64,000 nucleotides of DNA from Asterias rubens. Taxonomy: Eukaryota. The stretch spans positions 6,200,001 through 6,264,000 of the forward strand of contig NC_047083.1 in the NCBI RefSeq assembly GCF_902459465.1. Direction: 5' to 3'. The notes beneath the pieces are model-generated. The model saw only the letters and a list, made by a program, of their open reading frames with translations. It had not been told where the DNA came from and ran no database searches. Of this stretch, positions 36,210 to 49,171 are shown piece by piece. The translations under genes and the position numbers were made by a program. The stretch's first letter is position 1; each line of letters starts with the position of its first letter.

Positions 36210-38904
36210 AGAAACATGTAGTTGGCTGCCGTTGGTAGTGTGCACGTCAGGTCACTCAATGTTTAGAAACATGTAGTTGGCTGCCATTGGTAGTGTGCGC
36301 GTCAGGTCACTCAATGTTTAGAAACATGTAGTTGGCTGCCGTTGGTAGTGTGCACGTCAGGTCACTCAATGTTTAGAAACATGAAGTTGGCTGCACTTGG
36401 TAGTGTGCGCGTCAGGTCACTCAATGTTTAGAAACATGTAGTTGGCTGCACTTGGTAGTGTGCGCGTCAGGTCACTCAATGTTTTGAAACATGTAGTTGG
36501 CTGCCGTTGGTAGTGTGCACGTCAGGTCACTCAATGTTTAGAAACATGTAGTTGGCTGCACTTGGTAGTGTGCGCGTCAGGTCACTCAATGTTTAGAAAC
36601 ATGTAGTTGGCTGCAGTTGGTAGTGTGCGCGTCAGGTCACTCAATGTTTAGAAACATGTATTTGGCTGCCGTTGGTAGTGTGCGCGTCAGGTCACTCAAT
36701 GTTTAGAAACATGTAGTTGGCTGCCGTTGGTAGTGTGCATGTCAGGTCACTCAATGTTTAGAAACATGTAGTTGGCTGCTGTTGGTAGTGTGCACGTCAG
36801 GTCACTCAATGTTTAGAAACATGTAGTTGGCTGCCGTTGGTAGTGTGCACGTCAGGTCACTCAATGTTCAGAAACATGTAGTTGGCTGCCGTTGGTAGTG
36901 TGTGCGTCAGGTCACTCAATGTTTAGAAACATGTAGTTGGCTGCCGTTGGTAGTGTGCACGTCAGGTCACTCAATGTTCAGAAACATGTAGTTGGCTGCC
37001 GTTGGTAGTGTGCGCGTCAGGTCACTCAATGTTTAGAAACATGTAGTTGGCTGCACTTGGTAGTGTGCACGTCAGGTCACTCAATGTTTAGAAACATGTA
37101 GTTGGTTGCCGTTGGTAGTGTGCAAGTCAGGTCACTCAATGTTTAGAAGCATGTAGTTGGCTGCCGTTGGTAGTGTGCGCGTCAGGTCACTCAATGTTTA
37201 GAAACATGTAGTTGGCTGCCGTTGGTAGTGTGCACGTCAGGTCACTCAATGTTTAGAAACATGTAGTTGGCTGCCGTTGGTAGTGTGCACGTCAGGTCAC
37301 TCAATGTTTAGAAACATGTAGTTGGCTGCCATTGGTAGTGTGCACGTCAGGTCACTCAATGTTTAGAAACATGTAGTTGGCTGCAGTTGGTAGTGTGCAC
37401 GTCAGGTCACTCAATGTTTAGAAACATGTAGTTGGCTGCAGTTAGTAGTGTGCGCATCAGGTCACTCAATGTTTAGAAACATGTAGTTGGCTGCCATTGG
37501 TAGTGTGCGCGTCAGGTCACTCAATGTTTAGAATTATGTAGTTGGCTGCCATTGGTAGTGTGCACGTCAGGTCACTCAATGTTCAGAAACATGTAGTTGG
37601 CTGCCGTTGGTAGTGTGCGCGTCAGGTCACTCAATGTTTAGAAACATGTAGTTGGCTGCCGTTGGTAGTGTGCACGTCAGGTCACTCAATGTTTAGAAAC
37701 ATGTAGTTGGCTGCCGTTGGTAGTGTGCACGTCAGGTCACTCAATGTTTAGAAACATGTAGTTGGCTGCCATTGGTAGTGTGCACGTCAGGTCACTCAAT
37801 GTTTAGAAGCATGTAGTTGGCTGCACTTGGTAGTGTGCGCATCAGGTCACTCAATGTTTAGAAACATGTAGTTGGCTGCCATTGGTAGTGTGCGCGTCAG
37901 GTCACTCAATGTTTAGAAACATGTAGATGGCTGCACTTTGTAGTGTGGACGTCAGGTCACTCAATGTTTTGAAACATGTAGTTGGCTGCCATTGGTAGTG
38001 TGCAAGTCAGGTCACTCAATGTTTAGAAACATGTAGTTGGCTGTAGTTGGTAGTGTGCACGTCAGGTCACTCAATGTTTAGAAGCATGTAGTTGGCTGCC
38101 GTTGGTAGTGTGCGCGTCAGGTCACTCAATGTTTAGAAACATGTAGTTGGCTGCAGTTGGTAGTGTGTACGTCAGGTCACTCAATGTTTAGAAGCATGCA
38201 GTTGGCTGCCGTTGGTAGTGTGCGCGTCAGGTCACTCAATGTTTAGAAACATGTAGTTGGCTGCCGTTGGTAGTGTGCACGTCAGGTCACTCAATGTTTA
38301 GAAACATGTAGTTGGCTGCCGTTGGTAGTGTGCACGTCAGGTCACTCAATGTTTAGAAACATGTAGTTGGCTGCCATTGGTAGTGTGCGCGTCAGGTCAC
38401 TCAATGTTTAGAAACATGTAGTTGGCTGCCGTTGGTAGTGTGCACGTCAGGTCACTCAATGTTTAGAAACATGTAGTTGGCTGCCGTTGGTAGTGTGCGC
38501 GTCAGGTCACTCAATGTTTAGAAACATGTAGTTGGCTGCCGTTGGTAGTGTGCACGTCAGGTCACTCAATGTTTAGAAACATGTAGTTGGCTGCCGTTGG
38601 TAGTGTGCGCGTCAGGTCACTCAATGTTTAGAAGCATGTAGTTGGCTGCACTTTGTAGTGTGCACGTCAGGTCACTCAATGTTTAGAAACATGTAGTTGG
38701 CTGCAGTTAGTAGTGTGCGCATCAGGTCACTCAATGTTTAGAAACATGTAGTTGGCTGCCATTGGTAGTGTGCGCGTCAGGTCACTCAATGTTTAGAATT
38801 ATGTAGTTGGCTGCCATTGGTAGTGTGCGCGTCAGGTCACTCAATGTTTAGAAACATGTAGTTGGCTGCACTTGGTAGTGTGCGCATCAGGTCACTCAAT
38901 GTTT
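36210..38904. repeat. 55-bp minisatellite, about 49 copies
   Basis: Unit agaaacatgtagttggctgc(cg/ca/ac/ag)ttggtagtgtgc(a/g)cgtcaggtcactcaatgttt. Confidence 0.97.
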
Positions 38905-39786
38905 GTAAAATCATGTTTGCTGATAATACTAAGCGTATTATAAACAAATACCAAGTCTGCTCCTACCTACTTTAATTACTCAAAGGTCTGGGGCCGATTT
39001 CACAAAGAATTCAGATTGATGTGAAATGTGTATCAATCTTAATTGTTTTAAAAGCAATGTGTGGTGTCACAATTTCAATCACTGACATTATTGACAAGCC
39101 ATCTTAAGATGACTATTACTTGACTTGGTGCTTTGTGAAATCGACCCCTGGCCTTTTATTGCACTTGTAAGTCAGTTGCCTGGAAGTATTCAAAGGTCGG
39201 GCCATTTGTAACACAGCGTATGGATATTACAAATTGAAGTAGTTTTTAGAGTGTTAATGATGCATGGCATGTTGTTTTCTCTTCTTGAAGTGTTTGCAGC
39301 AATGTTAAACACAATCAGTGAGTCACTAGCATTAACTAGCCAAAGCTTCAAATGGTATAAAGACCAGTGCCCAATTTCACAGAGCTTCTAAGCAAACAAA
39401 TATGCTTAGCATGAAATTTCTTCTTTGATAAAAACAGGATTACCAACCAAATTTCCAAGTGATTTTCAGGATAAGCAAACAACAACTGAATATTAGTAAC
39501 CATGGTAACAAGCAAAATGCAACAAGCGGAAATTTGGTTGGTAAACCTGTTTTTATCAAGGAAGAAATTTCATGCTAAGCAAATTTTCGTGCTTAGCAGC
39601 TCTATGAAATTGAGCCCAGGTTGTGCCAATTTCAACATCTTGGCACTATAGGCTATAATTTCCCAAAACACTTAAACACGCTTTTGTCTTGATTTTGAAA
39701 ACAGTAACATTGTATAACTGTGATGAATGCATGCTTATTATTCACATACCTGTGCCAAGGGATTATTGCTTAGTTTATTGGAGTGT

Positions 39787-40176
39787 TTAAAGACATTGGA
39801 CACTATCAATGGTAATTGTCAAAGACTAGTCTACTCACTTGCTGTATCTCATCATATGCATGAAATAACAAACCTGTGAAAATTTTAGCTCGATCGGTCA
39901 ACGAAGTTGCGAGAAAATGATGAAAGAAAAAAAAACACTTGTCACACGAAGTTGTGTGATTTCTGATGCTTGATTTCGGGACCTCAAATTCTAAATCTGA
40001 GGTCTCAAAATCAAATTCGTGGAAAATTACTTCTTTCTCGAAAACTACATCACTTCAGAGGGAGCCGTTTCTCACAATGTTTTATACTATCAACAGCTCC
40101 CCATTACTTGTAACGAAGTAAGGTTTTATGCTAACAATTATTTTGAGTAATTACCAATAGTGTCCACTGCTTTTAA
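39787..40176. mobile_element. Kolobok-like MITE (TTAA TSD)
   Basis: TTAA|AGACATTGGACACTAT ... ATAGTGTCCACTGCTT|TTAA. Confidence 0.8.
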
Positions 40177-40244
40177 GCGAGTTCACAGTTCTGTAAGAAT
40201 ACTGAATGCATCACATGGTAAGTCTACTACCACATTATGCCCTG

Positions 40245-40965
40245 AAAAGTCTCTCACTCAATGTGTATGGTCACTCCAACATTATTCTTCAGGCACGGTA
40301 TTGGTCCTTGGAAAGTCTCTCACTCAATGTGTATGGTCACTGCAACATTATTCTTCAGGCACGGTATTGGTCCCTGGAAAGTCTCTCGCTCAATGTGTAT
40401 GGTCACTCCAACATTATTCTTCAGGCATGGTATTGGTCCTTGGAAAGTCTCTCACTCAATGTGTATGGTCACTGCAACATTATTCTTCAGGCATGGTATT
40501 GGTCCTTGGAAAGTCTCTCACTCAATGTGTATGGTCACTGCAACATTATTCTTCAGGCACGGTATTTGTCCTTGGAAAGTCTCTCACTCAATGTGTATGG
40601 TCACTCCAACATTATTCTTCAGGCATGGTATTGGTCCTTGGAAAGTCTCTCACTCAATGTGTATGGTCACTCCAACATTATTCTTCAGGCACGGTATTGG
40701 TCCTTGGAAAGTCTCTCACTCAATGTGTATGGTCACTGCAACATTATTCTTCAGGCACGGTATTGGTCCTTGGAAAGTGTCTCACTCAATGTGTATGGTC
40801 ACTCCAACATCATTCTTCAGGCACGGTATTGGTCCCTGGAAAGTCTCTCACTCAATGTGTATGGTCACTGCAACATTATTCTTCAGGCACGGTATTGGTC
40901 CTTGGAAAGTCTCTCACTCAATGTGTATGGTCACTGCAACATTATTCTTCAGGCATGGTATTGGA
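40245..40965. repeat. 66-bp minisatellite, about 11 copies
   Basis: Unit gaaagtctctcactcaatgtgtatggtcact(g/c)caacattattcttcaggca(c/t)ggtattggtccttg. Confidence 0.96.
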
Positions 40966-41631
40966 ATATCTGATTGAGTACTAGGGCTGACCAAGTACAC
41001 TATGGTGTACGCTGTAATTGATACACTTTTTTAAAATCAGATTTTTCCAAAGGCAAACAAATCAGAAGTCGGACTCAAGTAGGAAGAATATCATACTTGA
41101 TTCTTTCAATTATGTAACCGTTGAAATCTAAATACAGATTAGTTAAAAAACAATCCATTGTCATATGCCATTAATTAGAACTAAAGTTTCAACATAAAGT
41201 TAACTGTTAAATGATATGTCCATGCAAATGACATAATATATGTTATTGCACATGATAATTGTGATTGAATGCAACCTCACATGCAGATAATACTTGCCCA
41301 GTGTAACACATCGCCATCATCACTGTGCCCCTACAGTACGCCATTAACATCACCAAACTTCAATTATGTACACAAAACACAAGTTTGAACTTTAGATGGA
41401 TTAACATCAAATTCGACTACAAATCGTTCATTAAAACATAGGATTGATCTGACAATAAAGGATACAAATACTATTGAGCATACTATTTAGCATGCTCCTT
41501 GTATGGATACAGTCAGACACAATCAGCTTTATGATCATTGCAACTTCAGTAGGAATGATGAAGCTACTGCATGCTGGAATCTTTGCTACACCCATGGGAT
41601 TTACTGTCAATGACTTTGCCGGCAGTAAGCC

Positions 41632-41818
41632 TAATAGACCGATCCATTAAGCTCCGCCCCATTGCGTATCGACCAATTACAACGCAACAAAGGTCTGACA
41701 CTAAGGTCCGACATGCGTGCGCCTATCTTGGCGCGCGTGGCAAAGTTGTTCAGAAAGGCATTGGAGAGCCCCACGTGTTCTTGCTCACGCGGGCAGAGCC
41801 TACTGGATCGGTCTATTA
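41632..41818. mobile_element. small MITE
   Basis: Perfect inverted ends taatagaccgatcca ... tggatcggtctatta. Confidence 0.75.
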
Positions 41819-42531
41819 GACAAAAGTCTCCAATAACAACTCTTTGTTTTTATTGATTGAAGACAAAATACACATGTACCCAATAGACACTTTACATTAC
41901 ATGATTTTCCCGCGAGTCAAAAAGGTAGACTTCAAACACCAGTAAGTAGTTGTAAAATAAACAATCTGCCCAGTTCACTTATAAAGCTGTGCCTTGAAGC
42001 TCAACTTGATTTTTCACCTTCTTTCTTGTAAATTCTAATGATTCTAATTTCTTTCATGAACAGATTATATGACTTGTGCAGTCCTTTAGGATGTGAACAA
42101 GAACATCTTCAACATGTACATGTAGATGTTGTGGTGACTTTTGTAGATTTTAAGGCAAATGTCAGTTGACAACCCATTTTCAGAAGTTAGTACTTGAAGC
42201 AGAGATCTTGCCATGCTCCATTGGCTCATTTAATGGCCGACTATTTAGCTGACAAAACTCTTTTCTCAAACAGGACTTTACACTGTTTTCTTGTTCCCGT
42301 AGCATTGTGCACACTTCAATCAGGGCTTTTGGATTTCCCTTGAAATAAAAACACTGTAACAATGTTCATAATAGCGAGAGTCAACTAGTTATTTATCTCT
42401 AGTTTCAACATTTATACGTACACTAGCACTACACAGACATTCTATGATGGTCATCTGCAATTTTGAACATGTAGAGAAAAGTCAGAATGGAGCATTTTGA
42501 AACTAAGAAATTGATTAGAGTTTAAACTTAC

Positions 42532-42865
42532 CTATTGGTTCCTTACTGGCTGTTGTATCGAGGGCAAGATCCATTATATTCTTCAATAACGATGGTTTTT
42601 TTCGTGTTGGTGTCGGTGGGGTGGATGAATCTGAGGAATCAGATCTGAATAATGCATTGACTTTCTCCAAGAATGTTGGTGAGGAATGGCCATCTTTGGT
42701 GCTACCTCTTCTAGGAGAATCTGGTTGTATAGGTGTTGATGAATCACTACTGATAGATGTTTTATATTTACTGTAGCTTGGCCTTTGGGTAGGAGTATCT
42801 GAATCATACTGAAGGCTGTCTACATCAGCATCACTGTCTCCTTCCAGGTCTACCCCTGGTTTACT
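42532..42865 (-). CDS. MADD: MADD exon (Ser/Asp/Pro-rich linker)
   Basis: SKPGVDLEGDSDADVDSLQYDSDTP...KKPSLLKNIMDLALDTTASKEPI(G); 334 nt open frame, ttttttgttgacag acceptor, GTAAGT donor, phase 0 to 1. Confidence 0.75.
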
Positions 42866-43139
42866 CTGTCAACAAAAAAGACACAACTTAATGCATGTTG
42901 TATCATTACCATCATCATACAAAGCCCATAAGGACAAACACAAGTCTTGCCTACCTAAAATTCAACTTCTATAACTGTGCAACATTTGCTCTGCAGTACT
43001 TACATTGTTCAAAACCAAGTGATCTTTTTACTCCTGACTCCACCACCTTGCCCCAGTAAGGGCTGATAACTACTGGTTATTCACTTCACTAGGATAGGGT
43101 CTAGACTCAATTAATTATAACCAAATGCTACATGAAAGC

Positions 43140-43361
43140 NNNNNNNNNNNNNNNNNNNNNNNNNNNNNNNNNNNNNNNNNNNNNNNNNNNNNNNNNNNNN
43201 NNNNNNNNNNNNNNNNNNNNNNNNNNNNNNNNNNNNNNNNNNNNNNNNNNNNNNNNNNNNNNNNNNNNNNNNNNNNNNNNNNNNNNNNNNNNNNNNNNNN
43301 NNNNNNNNNNNNNNNNNNNNNNNNNNNNNNNNNNNNNNNNNNNNNNNNNNNNNNNNNNNNN
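43140..43361. other. assembly gap (222 N)
   Basis: Run of N characters. Confidence 1.
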
Positions 43362-43687
43362 TATATAAATATTTATGTGTCTTGTTGTTCTTGTTTGTAT
43401 GTTATCAATTTAATTTCTATGTCTTACAACCCGTAGCTCATTTAATCTGTTATATAATAGCAGTATGTATTGGACACTTGTTGTATTGATGTATGTTGTT
43501 GCTGATAATTGTTGTTGAATAAACGAAGTAGTATAACTCCACATCAAGAGAAAAAAAAATACACAAACAAATAACAAACATAAACATATTAAAACTTACA
43601 AAAAAACAATAAACATATCCCAAACATATAATGATATGAAGTAAACAACAAATCTCAGGAAAAAACCAAAAACCAAAAACTAAACAC

Positions 43688-44073
43688 TTAGGCAGTGGAC
43701 ACTATTGGTAATTACTCAAAATAATTATTAGCATACAACCTTACTTGGCAAAGGGTAATGGGGAGAGGTTGGCAGTATAAAACATTGTGAGAAACATAAG
43801 AGAATTGGAGTGGAGTAGTTTTCGAGATAGAAGTTATTTTCCACAAATTCGATTTTGAGACCTCAAGTTTAGAGTTCGAGGTCTCAAAATCAACCATCTA
43901 AATGCACACAACTTTGTGTGACAAGGGTGTTTTTTTCTTTCATTATTATCTTGCAACTACGATGACCGATTGAGCTCAAATTTTCACAGGTTAGTTATTT
44001 CTTGCATATGTTGAGATACGCCAACTGTGAAGACTAGTCTTTGACAATTACCGATAGTGTCCACTGCCTTTAA
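43688..44073 (-). mobile_element. Kolobok-like MITE, inverted copy
   Basis: tta|ggcagtggacactattggtaatt ... aattaccgatagtgtccactgcct|ttaa; the interior is the reverse complement of 30146-30533. Confidence 0.8.
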
Positions 44074-45947
44074 ACGAGCAAACAAAACCCACAAACAATA
44101 GTATTGGTTCTTCACCCTACCAGAGAAGTTTCAATGAAACCTTTTTTTTTTTTCTTCTTTTTTAAGCTAACTGAACTTGACATGTACTTCACTCTCATTT
44201 ACTTCTCCTCCCTGACCATGCCTGCAACAACAACAAACAAATGCCCCTACACCCCAACAAAAAGCATAAAGTGAGTTTCTTATAAGTTTAAGTTCAACCC
44301 CTCAACAATTATCTAAATTAGTTCATTTAGTTAAATTTTCATTTAGTTTAAGTTCAATCATCTGAATTAGTTCAAAAAGCATAAAGTTGCATTGTGACTA
44401 AGTTTTACAGCATCATAAATTATTAATGGTGAAATAATGAAAAACAAGCTACAAACGGTTGTTGAAATTTAAGTACATGTGGCAATGTTTTACCGAGACC
44501 GTGTTTTTTTTATCCAGAAGGTGATTACCCAGATAGCGTTCACACTGAATTTTTTGGCTCATTTAAACTGATCTGATCAATTTAACCGGGAAGGCGTGGG
44601 TCGGTTTTGAACCTACCCCTTCAGATCGGGTAATCAGTCTAATTAGTCTTATTATATCTAGAGATTGATCTGTGCTATTCACTCTTCATTGTAGTTCAGG
44701 GAGCAGTTTCAGGTTGATTAACACTTTCAAATAAAAACCTACTGCAATTGGTTCTTAATGGACATCTATAATATGTTATCTTTGGGCCAATCAATAGACC
44801 TACTATTTCTAACGATATCAGTTTTATGCAGAAATTTTTACCTTTATGAATGTTTTACTCGGGAAGCTGAAGGACATGACATTTGGAACAAACCTGTCCC
44901 AGCATAAATGTACAAATATTTACACATGAAGCGAATGTAATAAACTAAAATATTAAATACACCATGTAAAAGCTTAATCAAAAGTTAGTACATGTACTGT
45001 ATGTACCAGAAAAATTATCTTATTTTTGTTTTACCTGATAAAAAAACATATAAAAGGTACAAAAGAATCAATATTGTATGTTTACGTGTAAGGACTGCTT
45101 TTACACACACAGATTCTATCTAGATTTTAAGGGATTCTCTACAATAGTAAGAAAACTCACCAATTTATTACCTACAAATCTACTGAAGCACTGAGCCACT
45201 TATGATGTAGCCTAAACTCTACATTGTCCCAGCAGGAAATAGAACCCTTAGTTTGCCACCTTTTCCTCTCACAAATTAGCGAGGAAGGAGTGAGTTGTTA
45301 AAGAAGGTAAATAGCAAATAAAAACTTTTTAACAAACAACTTTTTGACAAATTGACAGTTTGCATACAGGCAAGCCGGCATGGGTTTGAGTGCATGCATA
45401 CAAAGCAAGAAACCCTCATGTATGTATGTGCAAACGAAGTAACGGTTTCCATACAGGCAACCAGGGATGTGTGTGCTAACGAACTAACAGTTTACATACG
45501 GGCAACCCGGGGATGTGTGTGCAAACGAAGTAACAGTTTGCACACAAAAAAACAGCATGTTTGGGTATGATGAGGGCTTACGCATTAAAGGCAAATTGAC
45601 CCTCTGACACTTTTAGTTTTTATGAGGTGACAGTTTTGATACCGACCTTGCACAATGCCCGCTGTGTGTTTGTAAGTTTTCAAGAAGTACCTTTTCTGTG
45701 CTCAGGCCGTTTCACCGAAGGTTGTGCACACAAATAGATATATGGAGAGTACCGTATGTGCAATTGAATGCATATGATATAAGCGTACTTAAGCTTGTCG
45801 AATGCCAAATGCACTTAAGCCAAATGGTCTTAAAAAACATGAACTAGGGATGCGTTCTTCTGGCTGTAACCAATAACCGCTATGGTTATGGTCATTGGCC
45901 AGTGATTGACCAATGGCCAATTCAACCAAAAAGTTATTGGATACCAC

Positions 45948-47508
45948 TAACGTCCGTCGATATATCGAAAATACTCAAAAACTCGATATTTTTTTGACAT
46001 CGAAATCGCCGATGTCACTTTTATAATCATATCGTAATATCGGATTTTCGATATATATCGAAAATTTCGATGTTTTGAAAATATTTCGATGTTCCTAAAT
46101 GATATCGAAAATACCAAAAGAGTGTCCGATTATTTAAAAGAAATCTGTGTTTGAGTATTAGAAAAGCCGTCGTCGTTATGTAGTTTCATCATTTTGAGTT
46201 GCCCTATTAAATAAAATACGTTTTACAACCAAGTATGGCTGCATGTTCTTTGTGTTTTCGCCATCAGCCGCCGGCCCGCCGCAGAAGTTCACGACCCCGC
46301 GGCGAGCGCACGGTAAAACCTCAAAAGAAACCGCCGCTGCTGCCCTAGCCCATAGAGTATGCCTAGCCTATCGGCTGTTTAAGATGCAACTTCCCATTGT
46401 GCATGTGATCAAAATCAATGCGTCTTCATCACAGCATTATTGACTTTGCAAAAATACCCCGCAAAAACTTCCCCGAATCAACAAGACAAAACAAAACAAG
46501 GAAGAAAACAATCTTACGTTATACAGTAAAATAATCTTTCTATCAATCCAAGGTATCGTAATGGCGTCATTTTGGTCAAATAAAGCCTGCACGTTGTGTT
46601 GTTTTCGGTAAACAAGCTAACATTTCCGAGGAACTATATGCTTCGCAGACCACGCTGTCGGCGGCTATTGCGTGCGTACACCAGCGAAGACTATGCTGTT
46701 GTACGGTTTAAGCGTGCACACCAGCGTGTATGGTTATTGCAATTCGGGGGGAAAACCCGTTTGCCCAAGTATGCGCAGACACATGCAGTCTTTGGTCAAG
46801 GCGGTATCGCGTGATGCACTGCGTTATTTCGACAATAGAGGGCGTTCTAGCATTCAATGTTTCTTGCCTTTGTTATAGAATGCAAAGTAAAAAGACTACG
46901 AGCCTTTATTGGCGACTATGTGACTGCATGCTGCGTGCGTTGTATTGTGATCGCTGAGTGGTAGGTCTGTGTTTTGCGGGACTTTCTAGTGATTTTTTTT
47001 TCGATGATTATCTCAACCATTTTCAACCGTAAAGGTAGTCTGCGCGCCCGTCGGACAACTTGATTGACACTTCTATACGTCAATGCATCGGCAACTGACA
47101 CCTTAATGTCGGCGAGTCACGCAACTCACAAAGGCTCTGTGTCATTTTGAGACGGCCAATCATGGCCAATCACGAATCGAGAATTGTGGTGAGCGTTCAC
47201 CAATTGGCCAAGCCAGCGGTAGCGGCGATCATACTTTGTTGTAAAACCAGAAATAATCGGGGCGGGACTACGCAATCTGAAATTGTTTGGACAACAAACA
47301 AGTTCGGGGGATCAGACAAAAACAGGTTGAAATGTAACCCTGTTAAACTGTCAGTCTATGGTATATATATTTCTACCTCCATGAGTATACCAAGTGCTGT
47401 TTTTAGGCTTCCATCTTGCGCGCGGGAAATACTCGATATATCGAGTATACTCGATGTTAAATTTTCGATATATCGGTTATGGGAAAAAACCGATATCGAC
47501 GGACGTTA
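45948..47508. mobile_element. 1.56-kb non-autonomous hAT-like element with an 8-bp TSD
   Basis: TSD GATACCAC at 45940-45947 and 47509-47516; TIR TAACGTCCGTCGATA / TATCGACGGACGTTA; clustered subterminal (t)cgatat motifs at both ends. Confidence 0.85.
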
Positions 47509-47963
47509 GATACCACTGCAAAAATGCATTGTATGTCTTCTTTAGCAGTATAATACCAAGCAAACATATAATAGTCATGTGACACCTTTAGACCAAACTG
47601 TTTGGGGTATTATGAACAAGAATTTTAAACATTATAAGGTTGTTAAAATACAAAACTACTGTTACTCTTCATCCAGGTTTCTAAATGAGTACAAGTTGTT
47701 TCTATTTGATGTTTTGTAGGTTTAGTGTTTAGTTCTAACAACAAGCTAGGATTGTCAATACCTCATTAAGAAAAAGTTGACTCAACCACAGCTAAGTAAC
47801 AAACAGATTGAATACATAATATGTTTGGTAAAAACAAAACAAAATCAGTCTTAGACTTAAATTTAAATGTTTCTGGATTAGTTAAATTGAATACAGTTTT
47901 CTTTAAGATGAGATTATATGTCTAGATATATGTTACTGATGATAAACACAAACCAATGCATAC

Positions 47964-48005
47964 CCTCCATCCCGCTGTTAACTCTAGCTCTTCACCATCT
48001 GATGA
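47964..48005 (-). CDS. MADD: candidate 42-nt in-frame MADD mini-exon
   Basis: CTACAG|SSDGEELELTAGWR|GTATGC; symmetric phase 0/0. Supported only by splice signals and an open frame. Confidence 0.45.
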
Positions 48006-48524
48006 CTGTAGTAGCAGCATATCATGGGATACACAAAGTGGGATAACGTAGGAGGTAGGACAGGCATGATAGGAATCAGGTGGTAAAGGGGTATGACATA
48101 TTGAGACAAGCAGTATTAATATACATGTACCATTACATTCAATTCTTGTACAGTTTGTATAACGTAATATTCAGATTCAATCAGCGTGATATTAAAATAG
48201 TGTTCAGAATACGCTTCTCTTAATAGTCATGCATGATGACATAATTCTTACCCAAAATGAGGCTATATGTGCACGTTCACCACCACTTGTAGTGGCTGCG
48301 CCTTTAGCCTCGTTTTGGGCTAGAATTGTGGCGTACATGTACCATGTGTACTCATGCATAAAATAATATTAGGGGGTGTATAATAACAAATGTACATGGT
48401 ATCCTGTATTGAACTAAAACCTTAAAAATACTGAGAGATTGTCACGGCTGTTTTTTTGTTTCATTCCAATTAATAATTACTGTGATGATGGACGGATGCA
48501 ACTCTACATGCTAGTGTGGCTTAC

Positions 48525-48688
48525 CTCTGGTGATGTAGATGTGTCTTGACTACTAGATGAATCTGTTTCAGGGAATGAGTAAGCTGAATCACTCTGTGAC
48601 ATGTCTGTAGGGATCTGTAGTGTATCTGGTGGATGGTAGATAGCTGTCTCATCTACTTGACTCTTGGCTCCTGCATTCTCTTCATTAT
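48525..48688 (-). CDS. MADD: MADD exon (Ser-rich linker)
   Basis: (D)NEENAGAKSQVDETAIYHPPDTLQIP...DTSTSPE; phase 1 to 0, CAG acceptor, GTAAGC donor. Confidence 0.75.
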
Positions 48689-48981
48689 CTGTAGTCACAA
48701 TTACATTTTTGTGAAATTTGAACAAAATCAACCAAATTAAACAGAAGTTTTTCTCTCCCCCGTCCCTCGACCCCCCGCTCAATGTTGACTGTAATGCAGA
48801 AGACCGTGCAATCAGAATCATCATTGAAAGGGGGCAGGGGAGCCCAGCGAGATATGGCCGGGATTGTAGCATAAAGGGCTATTTGTTTCAGCGATCATGT
48901 AGAAACCAAAAAATTTATCTAATTTGTGAACATTGGATATAACTTGCCCCATCCATACACAACCTTGAAGATACTACATAC

Positions 48982-49171
48982 CTAATACATCTCCCTGGAT
49001 ATCACTATTCATCATATCAGTCACAAAGTCATTAAGAGATGAATAAGATGAGCTACTACTGCTTCCAGCATCAGACTCTTCACCACTTTCATCGGTAGGA
49101 TTAGATGAATCTGACCATGCCTCACTGCCACTACTCGATGGGATACCTAAAGTACAGTTCTCAAAAAACAC
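48982..49171 (-). CDS. MADD: MADD exon
   Basis: VFFENCTLG...SDSSNPTDESGEESDAGSSSSSSYSSLNDFVTDMMNSDIQGD matches the MADD SSSSYSSLxDFVxxMMxxDIxGD motif. The GTATGT donor (phase 1) was chosen because it fits the next exon. Confidence 0.88.

Noticed and set aside
36210-38904. CRISPR-like regular array
   Set aside because: The units are contiguous near-identical monomers with no unique spacers, there are no cas genes, and the context is a eukaryotic intron.
40160-40984. Three overlapping 238-274 aa ORFs
   Set aside because: They are all three frames of a stop-free 66-bp tandem repeat inside an intron, and no protein family is recognisable.
42180-42362. 60-aa minus-strand ORF just downstream of a MADD exon
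   Set aside because: No acceptor gives an open frame in the required phase 1. Exon 42532 already joins 35594 in phase.
43125-43436. ORFs spanning X residues
   Set aside because: Artefacts of the N gap.
46243-47582. Short ORFs in the hAT-like element
   Set aside because: None resembles a hAT transposase, and ORFs of this size are expected in GC-richer DNA.
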